From NCBI GenBank assembly GCA_963810935.1, contig CAWEPK010000009.1, positions 192,001 through 256,000 on the forward strand: 64,000 nt of DNA, read 5' to 3'. The notes beneath the pieces are model-generated. The model did no database searches and was not told where the DNA came from. It saw nothing but the letters and a program-made list of their open reading frames with translations. Made by a program: the position numbers and the translations under genes. This DNA comes from an uncultured delta proteobacterium (GTDB taxonomy: Bacteria; Desulfobacterota; Syntrophorhabdia; Syntrophorhabdales; WCHB1-27). Below, piece by piece: positions 22,562-30,810 of this stretch (the first letter of the stretch is position 1; every line of letters starts with the position of its first letter).

Positions 22562-22591
22562 AATATAAAGGTTTTTTAGGCCTATTGTCAA
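22562..22591 (-). promoter_or_regulatory. Putative sigma70 promoter of the yceD-rpmF-plsX-fab operon
   Basis: TTGACA-18 nt-TATATT on the minus strand. Confidence 0.55.
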
Positions 22592-22677
22592 GCAATTTGG
22601 CCCTGACAGCCCCAGCGGCTCATCCGCCGTGGTTGCGCAAACCATTAAGAATACCTAATTTTTTAATAAAGGGCTAA

Positions 22678-24174
22678 TTGGGCACTAAAGGGGACGGCCA
22701 TTCCGGGGAAGTCGATTGGCTCGCCGATGGGCTTTCGGCGTATCTCGCGCCCCTCATTGCCGGTCTTATGAAGCAGGGCTCGGCCGGGACGGGGGTGCCG
22801 GCTATCGCCAGGGCCCTCTGGTCGAAACTCGGCCCCAAAATAGAAAAGTCACCTCGACTCAAGGAAAGCGCAGAAGATCTGGCGCAGGGCCCGGCCGACC
22901 CGGACCTGCTCGCCATTTTCGGGATACGGCTGCGCCGCCTCCTTTATTCGGATAGTGGCCTCGCTGCGTCGCTTCTGGAGGCGGCGGGGCCAAGGCAGGA
23001 GGAAATCCTGGGCGAGCACGGGGCCTGCCGGTGCGGGTTGCCCGGCGGGGACGATCCGGTCATGGACAGGATCGAGGCCGTCTATCGGCTCCGGTCCGGA
23101 CGGCCGCCCGATGAGGTCGCGCGCGCAGTGGGCATGAGCGTGGAGCGGGTCTTCCGGCTGAACAGGCGTTTCTGCGCGGCCGGGGTAGCGGGCCTGCTTT
23201 CTGACACGGATACCGGCCATTGGCTCGCAAGGCTCGGACGCGACGACCCGGTTTTGAGAAGGCTCGACATGATCGACCTTGTGCGGTCCGGGACGCCCGC
23301 CGCAGTCGTAGCGCGTGAGTACGACGCGCTCCCGGAGTACGTGCAGATGGTCCACGAAAGGTTTTCACGGGGTGGGATGGCAGGCATGCTGACGGACGAG
23401 GAAAGAGAGCGGCTCTGGTCGCTCACGCCTAAAACGATCCGCGTCGCTTCATATAACCTGCACGGCCTGCACTGTGGGGCCGACCAGACGCAAAGGCTTA
23501 AGAATATCGGCTGGGCATTCGCCCGCCTGGACGTCCATGCAGCGGCCCTTCAGGAGGTCTTGAGCGGCGGAGAAGTGGAGGACACGGGCGTGCAAATCTC
23601 CAGGTGGGCGTCAAAGATGACGGGGTACAACTACCGGCCTTTCTTTGCCTACTGCCATCCATTCATGGAGAAGTACCCGGAGGGCGTTTCTGTGTCGGTC
23701 CGCTGCGCGCCGGAGGCAACGAAGACCATCGACCTCACCGGCTTGCCCCGCGGCCTCAAGCCGTCACTTACAAGAAACGCCCTGGCAGTCACCACAGAGG
23801 TCTTCGGCCGGAAAGTCGTCTTTGTATCGGTCCACCTCGACCATACCCGGGACCCGGCCGTGCGGCTGGCGCAGGCGGAGAAACTGGTGGCCGAGGTGGA
23901 GGCAGACGCGCCTCCAGGCGCCTGCCTCATTCTGGCGGGCGATTTCAACGACCTTGAGGATTCGCCTGCCATACACTCCCTGCTGTCGGCGGGTTACACG
24001 GATACCTACAGGGCCCTGCACGGGGACGCGGGCAATACATACCCCGCGGGCGGACCTCAGATGAGGATCGACTACATCTTCGTGAAGGGCCATGCCGGGG
24101 TCGCCGCATCGGGACTCCTGCCCGATGACCCCGACCTTAGCGACCATATCGGAGTGTACGCAGAAATACGTTAA
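22678..24174 (+). CDS. Multidomain protein: Bell/HeLo-like helical N-terminus + two HTH repeats + EEP (endonuclease/exonuclease/phosphatase) domain
   Basis: EEP motifs ASYNLHG, ALQEV, SVHLDH, AGDFND, RIDYIF, SDH; HTH repeats with 64-aa period; N-terminal LWSKLGPKI..P...AEDLA..P.D.D pattern. Confidence 0.85.
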   Translation: MGTKGDGHSGEVDWLADGLSAYLAPLIAGLMKQGSAGTGVPAIARALWSKLGPKIEKSPRLKESAEDLAQGPADPDLLAIFGIRLRRLLYSDSGLAASLLEAAGPRQEEILGEHGACRCGLPGGDDPVMDRIEAVYRLRSGRPPDEVARAVGMSVERVFRLNRRFCAAGVAGLLSDTDTGHWLARLGRDDPVLRRLDMIDLVRSGTPAAVVAREYDALPEYVQMVHERFSRGGMAGMLTDEERERLWSLTPKTIRVASYNLHGLHCGADQTQRLKNIGWAFARLDVHAAALQEVLSGGEVEDTGVQISRWASKMTGYNYRPFFAYCHPFMEKYPEGVSVSVRCAPEATKTIDLTGLPRGLKPSLTRNALAVTTEVFGRKVVFVSVHLDHTRDPAVRLAQAEKLVAEVEADAPPGACLILAGDFNDLEDSPAIHSLLSAGYTDTYRALHGDAGNTYPAGGPQMRIDYIFVKGHAGVAASGLLPDDPDLSDHIGVYAEIR

Positions 24175-24187
24175 ATCCGGGGTACTT

Positions 24188-25810
24188 ATGCCGCGCAGAG
24201 CCGGTTACTTCGTTCTCGCTTATGCCTGGGACCACCATTGCCGCAGGATCTATGATGCCCTCGACGGCAAGTTTCGGGCTGCCGAGCGGACGGCGCTGGA
24301 GCTTGAGCGCGAAGAGCCGGCCGGGATTGAGGCAATACTCGACTACTACCTGGCGTGGCATCGCTGCAATGAGACCTACCACGCAGCCACGGACGAGACA
24401 AGAAGCAGGCAGTACGTTATAAACTCCCTGGGATACAGGGGCTACGGCGTAAACCGGGACCTCTTGGCCGCCCTGGGCGACCTGGCGCGCAGGTACGCCT
24501 GGATCGAGGGCGCGCTTCAGGACTGTTTTTACAGGAAGATAAGGGCCGCCTCCGAGATGGCGCGGGCCGGCCATGAGGCGATCGACGAGCACAGGTCAGA
24601 AGTTATCATTGAAAAGCTCGCGCACGTTGCGGGGAGGCACGATTTGCCCGGCGCACGTTATGATGCCGCCCCGGATTTAGGCGGTTACTTCGAGGTCATG
24701 TCGAAAGAGACGCCGTGGCAAGCGAATACGGCGATCTTCCGGAAGATGTTCTTCGCGACTGGCGCGTCTTCCGTAACCATAATGAAGGGGAGCACCGGGT
24801 TGCAGGACGGCCGCTCCTGCCAGGAGGTGAAGCTCCTGGCCAACCGGAATTTCGTCGAGGCGGGGCGTGAGCTTTTCTCGAAGCTGGATGCCTTCACCGA
24901 CATAGGGATCGACCTCTTAAAGAACATACATTACCTTCTGACGAAGGACTTGAGCGCAGGCGGCGGGGGTTTCCGCGCGATCGATTTTCCTGACAGAAAC
25001 GGAGTGACCTTCGAGTTCGACAATTTCCAGAGGGAGGTTGCAGACCTGTCGGTCGTCCTCGGCGAAACGGGCCGCAGCTTCGATAACCTACCGGAATTCC
25101 TCCATAACCTGGCCCGCTCGTACTACATGTTCATCGGGATACATCCCTTCTGGGACGCCAACGGCCGCTCCGGTAAGTGCTTCCTTAACTTTTTGCTGGT
25201 GAAAAAGGGGCTGCCGCCCATCCTGATGGACGACCGGGATGAGGTGCTCGCCCTCCCCCGCTACGGGGGGTCAATGGAGCAGATGCACGGCTACCTGCTC
25301 GCCAGGCTCAAGGCGGCCACGGACGTCTATTTCTACGAGAGATGGAAGCTGGAGACATCCGGCCTGCTGCACAGGGAAATCTACAACGTCTCCTTCGACT
25401 CCGGTTTCCATTTCAGGCAGATAGGCGGCCGGCCGGCCCGGATCGAGGCAGGTTTCGAAGCATACGTCTGCAACGACGCTGCGCTCAGGCAGGCCCTTGA
25501 GGAGCATGCGGCCATCGTTTTCCCTGAAGACCGCCTGCTTTACGGGATGACCATCCACTGCGGCATCGCAGACGCCCCGTTCACGGAGTGGCGGCGCCCC
25601 TTCAGCCTTACCGGGAACTTTTACATTAAAGAGCTCGGGCAGGAGATCGAGGGCGTGAGGAGGTTCGACGTAGATTTTACCGTGGACGCACCGGGGCAGG
25701 GAGAGGGCGGCCCCTATTTCGCCTGCTCGGTCACAAGCCCGGAGGCCGGTCTCACATTCAACAACAAGGGACTCAACTATTCGTACCGCCTCGACGGCGG
25801 CGGCGCATGA
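24188..25810 (+). CDS. Fic-domain protein with unknown N-terminal and beta-rich C-terminal extensions
   Basis: IHPFWDANGRSGK (25142-25177), preceded by IH.LL..D...GGFR typical of the Fic core. Confidence 0.85.
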   Translation: MPRRAGYFVLAYAWDHHCRRIYDALDGKFRAAERTALELEREEPAGIEAILDYYLAWHRCNETYHAATDETRSRQYVINSLGYRGYGVNRDLLAALGDLARRYAWIEGALQDCFYRKIRAASEMARAGHEAIDEHRSEVIIEKLAHVAGRHDLPGARYDAAPDLGGYFEVMSKETPWQANTAIFRKMFFATGASSVTIMKGSTGLQDGRSCQEVKLLANRNFVEAGRELFSKLDAFTDIGIDLLKNIHYLLTKDLSAGGGGFRAIDFPDRNGVTFEFDNFQREVADLSVVLGETGRSFDNLPEFLHNLARSYYMFIGIHPFWDANGRSGKCFLNFLLVKKGLPPILMDDRDEVLALPRYGGSMEQMHGYLLARLKAATDVYFYERWKLETSGLLHREIYNVSFDSGFHFRQIGGRPARIEAGFEAYVCNDAALRQALEEHAAIVFPEDRLLYGMTIHCGIADAPFTEWRRPFSLTGNFYIKELGQEIEGVRRFDVDFTVDAPGQGEGGPYFACSVTSPEAGLTFNNKGLNYSYRLDGGGA

Positions 25811-27426
25811 AGACGCAGGAAATAACGGCGGAGGACTTTGCCCGGCCGTCCTACAAATGGATATGGGAGAGGCGCTTCATTCGCAACCTCCAGGGGTGGA
25901 GTATATCCCTCTTCCCGGCCGGCATAGGTTTTTCCGTCGCCGACTATGCTTCCGGGAAGGGCCTGCGCGTCTGCCTGTCCATAGAGCGGGAGGACGGGGC
26001 TGCCGAGTTCTACCTTGCCGACGCCTATTACGTGGGCGAATGGGGCGGGGGCTTTCAGAAATGGCAGACGCGCCCTGTGCCCGTATTCCCCTATGAGGGG
26101 CTTCACGGCCTTACGCGGGCCGTGACCTTCTCCTACAGCGTGCTGAAAGACGGGGCGGCCATCCCGTCCCGTTTCCGGTACCGGTTCGCAAGCCTAGAAG
26201 ATTTTTACCGCGGCCGCCTGGCCATCGACGACTTCTATGACCCGTCCTTCAAGAGCGAAAACGACGAGCCGATGGCGGCATCCGATGACGAGGCCGTCCG
26301 GCTGGCGTACCTCCGCATGAACGCCGCGGCCGGCCCGCTCCCTATCGCGCCGCTGTTTACCCGCGGCAACGAGTGGAGGCCCGAGCACCCTGTACATGCA
26401 ATCCACCGCGCCATCGACAGGGTGATAGAAAAGGCGGACACGGAGCAGGGCACGCGCCAATCGATAAGCCTCGCCATGTTCGATTTCGACAACGAGCACA
26501 TTACAAAACATCTGGTCTATGCGAAAGAGAAAGGGGTAGAGGTCGAATGCATAGGGGACTGGGCGCAGGTGAGCCCCATGAATGTCTCCGAAAATATCGC
26601 GCGCCTTCGCCGTGCGGGAATTCGCGTCTATGGCGTCGTCCGCAACGACCCCACCCGGCTGCACCAGGACATCGCGAGCATGCACACAAAATTCGTCATT
26701 TTTAATAGCGACGAGGTCCACTCCGGTTCGTACAACCTCCATTTCCATCTCTGGGGAGGCAACTGGGAGAGCGGCCTCGCCTTCCGGTCGCCGGAGGCGG
26801 CCGTCATATACCGCTCCATCTACAACGCGATCAGGTTCGGCCTCAAGACGGGCCTCGACGTGGACCCGGCCGCAAGGCAGAACGTCTATTATACGTTCGG
26901 CGCTTACCGTACTGGGAGCGCACCGTTCCGCCCGCAGGACGCGATTATAACCGAGATAGAGAACGCGGCCCGCTCCATCGTAGTCTGCATGTTCGAGATA
27001 AGCCCCATAACCGGCGCGCCCGATGGGCGCGGCCCGGAGACGGATATTGTAGGGGCGCTGATCCGCGCGAGGGATAGGGGTGTGCGCGTGCGGGTCATCG
27101 TAAACGGGATGATGAGCCACACGGGGCCGCAGCCCGCAGACTGGGACAAAGACTTTTCGAGGCCGCTGAAGCACGCCTTCAACCGGCTGAGGGACGCATG
27201 GATCGAGGTCTATTACGTCTATTACCACGAGAGCATTTACTCGCCGCTGCACCATAAGTTCGCAGTCTTCGACGAGGAATGCGTCATTGCCGGATCGTAC
27301 AACTGGTACGAGCCGAGCCTTTATTCCGACGAGATACTTACGGTGACGCGGGACGACCACCTGGCTGCCGCGTTCCTGGAAGAAGTTGAGCTGGTGCTGA
27401 GGTCGTTCAGGGTCCGAAAAGGCTGA
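25807..27426 (+). CDS. Phospholipase D-superfamily protein with two HKD motifs
   Basis: MHTKFVIFN...GSYN and LHHKFAVFD...GSYN; ATGA overlap with the Fic gene. Confidence 0.88.
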   Translation: MKTQEITAEDFARPSYKWIWERRFIRNLQGWSISLFPAGIGFSVADYASGKGLRVCLSIEREDGAAEFYLADAYYVGEWGGGFQKWQTRPVPVFPYEGLHGLTRAVTFSYSVLKDGAAIPSRFRYRFASLEDFYRGRLAIDDFYDPSFKSENDEPMAASDDEAVRLAYLRMNAAAGPLPIAPLFTRGNEWRPEHPVHAIHRAIDRVIEKADTEQGTRQSISLAMFDFDNEHITKHLVYAKEKGVEVECIGDWAQVSPMNVSENIARLRRAGIRVYGVVRNDPTRLHQDIASMHTKFVIFNSDEVHSGSYNLHFHLWGGNWESGLAFRSPEAAVIYRSIYNAIRFGLKTGLDVDPAARQNVYYTFGAYRTGSAPFRPQDAIITEIENAARSIVVCMFEISPITGAPDGRGPETDIVGALIRARDRGVRVRVIVNGMMSHTGPQPADWDKDFSRPLKHAFNRLRDAWIEVYYVYYHESIYSPLHHKFAVFDEECVIAGSYNWYEPSLYSDEILTVTRDDHLAAAFLEEVELVLRSFRVRKG

Positions 27427-27446
27427 AGAACGCCTTTAGGAAGTAG

Positions 27447-27521
27447 TCAGTCCTGATAATAAGCGAACATAAAGAAGCTTACGAGGAGGACCGCAGCGAA
27501 GAGGCTCGACTCGAACGTCAT
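27447..27521 (-). CDS. Putative 24-aa single-TM small protein MTFESSLFAAVLLVSFFMFAYYQD
   Basis: AAGGAG RBS (27529-27534) 7 nt before ATG; hydrophobic core. Below the ORF-track cutoff. Confidence 0.5.
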   Translation of the reverse strand: MTFESSLFAAVLLVSFFMFAYYQD

Positions 27522-27739
27522 ACCGCAGCTCCTTGTTGTAAGACGACTTGAAACGGATAAACTTCAAGAAATATGCCAGATCGGGAAGAAAAACGGGGGC
27601 GGCCGGACGGCCTTTAAAATGGGACGAATTTGAGGGCCTATGATATGGGCGGCGTCTCGTACGATAAGACGTCAGGTCTTGCCCGATAAGACGGGTCTTG
27701 CGGGAAAAGACAGAACCTAAAGGGGCAGACGCTCTGATT

Positions 27740-29941
27740 TTATGAGGTAAGCTTGAAGACCAGTCCCGCAAGGGGCGGGAGGTCGAGGTTGAGCGAGCAG
27801 GGGCGTCCGTGCCACTGCACGGGATCCGTAAGGCGGCCGCCCTGGTTGCCGAGATTGCTCCCCCAGTAGAGGCCCGAGTCGCTGTTGAGTGCTTCCCTGT
27901 AAAAGCCCGGTTTTGGGACACCGATGCGGTAGTTGTATCGCGGCACCGGGGTAAAATTGAACGCGAAAACGAGAAAGTCGTCCGGGTCCCTCGCCTTCCT
28001 GATGAAAGAGACGATGCTCCGCCCGTAGTCGCCGAAGTCGATCCATTCGAAGCCCTCGTAGCTGAAATCGACCTGGTGCATTGCGGGCTCCTTCGTGTAA
28101 AGCGCGTTCAGGTCCCGCATGAACGCCTGGAGCTTTTTGTGCGGCTCGTATTCCAGGAGGTGCCAGTCGAGGCTGGCGTTCGCGTTCCATTCCCACCACT
28201 GGCCGAACTCTCCCCCCATAAAATTGAGCTTCTTCCCGGGCTGCGCGAACATGTAGGAGAAGAGCAGCCTCAGGTTGGCGAACTTCTGCCAGAAATCGCC
28301 CGGCATCTTATCCAGGAGCGACCGCTTGCCGTAGACGACCTCGTCGTGGGAGAGGACGAGGATGAAATTTTCCGTGAACGCGTAAAGGAGCGCAAAGGTG
28401 AGGTTGTTGTGGTGGTACTTGCGGAACACGGGGTCGTCCTCGAAGTATTTGAGTATGTCGTTCATCCACCCCATATTCCACTTCATGCTGAAGCCGAGGC
28501 CCCCCAGGTAAGTAGGGCGGGAGACGGCAGGCCAGGCGGTCGATTCCTCCGCGATGGTGAGCACCCCGGGGCGGCGGCCGTGGACGACTTCGTTGAAGCG
28601 CTTGATGAGCGCGACCGCTTCCAGGTTCTCGTGGCCGCCAAACTGGTTCGGGACCCATTCGCCCTGCTTCCTCGAATAGTCCAGGTAGAGCATGGAGGCC
28701 ACCGCATCGACCCGGAGGCCGTCGATATGGTATTTATCAAGCCAGAAAAGGGCGTTGGAGATGAGGAAATTGGCGACCTCGTTCCGCCCGTAGTTGAATA
28801 CGAGCGTGCCCCATTCCTTGTGCTCTCCTTTAAGCGGGTCTGCGTGCTCGTAAAGGGCAGTGCCGTCGAAATATGCGAGGCCGTGGGCATCCCTCGGGAA
28901 ATGCGCAGGCACCCAGTCCATGATTACGCCAATGCCCGCCCGGTGCATCGAATCGACGAAATACATGAAGTCGTCGGGCGTCCCGAACCGGCTCGTGCAG
29001 GAGTAGTAGCCTACCGTCTGGTATCCCCAGGACTCGTCCAGCGGGTGCTCGCTTACCGGCATGAGCTCGACGTGCGTGTAGCCCAGCTCCTTCACGTACG
29101 GCGCCATCTCGTCGGCCAGCTCCCGGTACGTCAGCCAGCGGTTATCTTCTTCGGGGACCCTGCGCCACGAGCCGAGATGGACCTCGTAGATGGAAATGGC
29201 CGCATCGAACCAGTTCGTCTCCTTGCGCGCCTCCATCCAGCCCGCGTCCGACCAGAGATACTTGTCGAGGTCCCAGACTATGGAGGCGCTTTTCGGCCGC
29301 AATTCCGAATAGAACGCATAGGGGTCGGCTTTTTCCGCAAGGAAGCCCTTGTAGCGTCCTTTGACTTCATATTTATAAACTATGCCCGCTTCCAGGCCGG
29401 GAATGAATATCTCCCAGACGCCCGTCGAGCCGCGCACGCGCATCATGTGGCGCCTGCCGTCCCACTTGTTGAAATCGCCCGTGACGCTCACCCTGATGGC
29501 GTTGGGCGCCCAGACCGCGAAGAATACGCCTTTGACTCCGCCCAGCGTCATCTCGTGCGCGCCGAGCTTTTCGTACTGGTCGTAATGCTTCCCTTCGGCG
29601 ATCAGGTAAAGGTCGTAATCGGAAAGGACGGGCAGGAAGGAATAGGGATCGATGAACACCCGGGATGCTCCCGTTAGGTACGTCTCTTTCAGCCGGTAGC
29701 CGAAGACCTCCGTCTTACCGCGTACGACCGCCTCGAAGAAGCCGTCCTTGTGGAGCCTCTTCATGGGGTATTCCGCACCCGTTGCGGTCTCGACCAGTGC
29801 GGCCTCTGCGGCCTCCGGCAGGAAGGCGCGCACAGCCACACACTCCTTGCCGCCCCATTTTATGACATGGCTACCCAGAATCCCGAACGGGTCCTGGCAG
29901 GCGGAGTTAATGATTTTCTCTATCTCTTCTTTCAGCGCCAC
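27740..29941 (-). CDS. glgB: 1,4-alpha-glucan branching enzyme
   Basis: FAVWAPNA, YEVHLGSW, DWVPAHF, GLRVDAVASM, AEESTAW, LSHDEVV. Confidence 0.97.
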   Translation of the reverse strand: MALKEEIEKIINSACQDPFGILGSHVIKWGGKECVAVRAFLPEAAEAALVETATGAEYPMKRLHKDGFFEAVVRGKTEVFGYRLKETYLTGASRVFIDPYSFLPVLSDYDLYLIAEGKHYDQYEKLGAHEMTLGGVKGVFFAVWAPNAIRVSVTGDFNKWDGRRHMMRVRGSTGVWEIFIPGLEAGIVYKYEVKGRYKGFLAEKADPYAFYSELRPKSASIVWDLDKYLWSDAGWMEARKETNWFDAAISIYEVHLGSWRRVPEEDNRWLTYRELADEMAPYVKELGYTHVELMPVSEHPLDESWGYQTVGYYSCTSRFGTPDDFMYFVDSMHRAGIGVIMDWVPAHFPRDAHGLAYFDGTALYEHADPLKGEHKEWGTLVFNYGRNEVANFLISNALFWLDKYHIDGLRVDAVASMLYLDYSRKQGEWVPNQFGGHENLEAVALIKRFNEVVHGRRPGVLTIAEESTAWPAVSRPTYLGGLGFSMKWNMGWMNDILKYFEDDPVFRKYHHNNLTFALLYAFTENFILVLSHDEVVYGKRSLLDKMPGDFWQKFANLRLLFSYMFAQPGKKLNFMGGEFGQWWEWNANASLDWHLLEYEPHKKLQAFMRDLNALYTKEPAMHQVDFSYEGFEWIDFGDYGRSIVSFIRKARDPDDFLVFAFNFTPVPRYNYRIGVPKPGFYREALNSDSGLYWGSNLGNQGGRLTDPVQWHGRPCSLNLDLPPLAGLVFKLTS

Positions 29942-30120
29942 AGTGGAATTATCGACCCCTTTGAAAACTTATACTCTTCGGGCGGTTTTAGCAAGCTGCA
30001 GCACGTAAACCAATGCTCTGTGCGAATAGCATGTAGTCTGCGACTAAAGAACTGGCTTGCTCCGAGATGCACTCGGTAAGTCGTTTCTATGCGGCCCGGC
30101 TTCTGTGCTAAAATATTGCC

Positions 30121-30810
30121 ATGTCCGAAGGGGCCAGGATACTTGTGGTCGATGACGAGCAGCAGATCCGCCGGATGCTTAAAACTGCGCTCTCCGGTTA
30201 CGGATACAATATCGGGGAGGCGGCTACCGCAAAAGAAGGCCTCTCGCAGGCTGCAATTTTCCACCCTGACCTCATCGTTTTGGACCTCGGCCTGCCCGAC
30301 GCGGACGGCATGGAGGTCATATGTCACCTGCGCGAATGGACGCAGGTCCCCATCATCGTCCTCTCCGTAAGGGAAGGCGAGACCGACAAGATCGGCGCCC
30401 TCGATGCAGGGGCGGATGATTACCTGACGAAACCGTTCAGTATGGGGGAGCTGCTCGCGCGCATCCGCGTAGCTTTGCGCCACGCTGCCGGGAGCGATGA
30501 CGAGCCTGTCCTTACATTCCCCGACCTCGTCCTCGACCTGGCCCGCCGCGTGGTCCTTCTTAAGGGACAGGAGCTGAAGCTGACGCCCACCGAATACGAG
30601 ATCGTCAAGTATCTGGCCATCCACGCGGGGAGGGTCGTCACGCACGGGCAGTTGCTCAGGGCGGTCTGGGGCCCGAACTACCAGGAGAGCACCCAGTACC
30701 TCCGCGTCTATGTGGGACAGTTGCGCCGCAAGATGGAAGAGGAACCGGCAAGGCCCCGCTACATCGTTACGGAGGCGGGCGTAGGCTACCGGTTCATGTC
30801 GGGGGAGTAA
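30121..30810 (+). CDS. kdpE: KdpE-family response regulator
   Basis: REC (VVDDE, LDLGLPD, KPF) + OmpR wHTH (QYLRVYVGQLRRK..PARPRYI); upstream of kdpABC. Confidence 0.92.
   Translation: MSEGARILVVDDEQQIRRMLKTALSGYGYNIGEAATAKEGLSQAAIFHPDLIVLDLGLPDADGMEVICHLREWTQVPIIVLSVREGETDKIGALDAGADDYLTKPFSMGELLARIRVALRHAAGSDDEPVLTFPDLVLDLARRVVLLKGQELKLTPTEYEIVKYLAIHAGRVVTHGQLLRAVWGPNYQESTQYLRVYVGQLRRKMEEEPARPRYIVTEAGVGYRFMSGE

Noticed and set aside
23050..23397. IS transposase remnant
   Set aside because: The HTH repeats are in frame within an intact EEP protein; no DDE domain, terminal inverted repeats or target duplication seen.
27436..27921. 161-aa minus-strand ORF overlapping the glgB 3' end
   Set aside because: Out-of-frame overlap with glgB, no RBS or motifs; the nested 24-aa ORF is better supported.
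27809..29677. 622-aa plus-strand ORF
   Set aside because: Antisense shadow of glgB.
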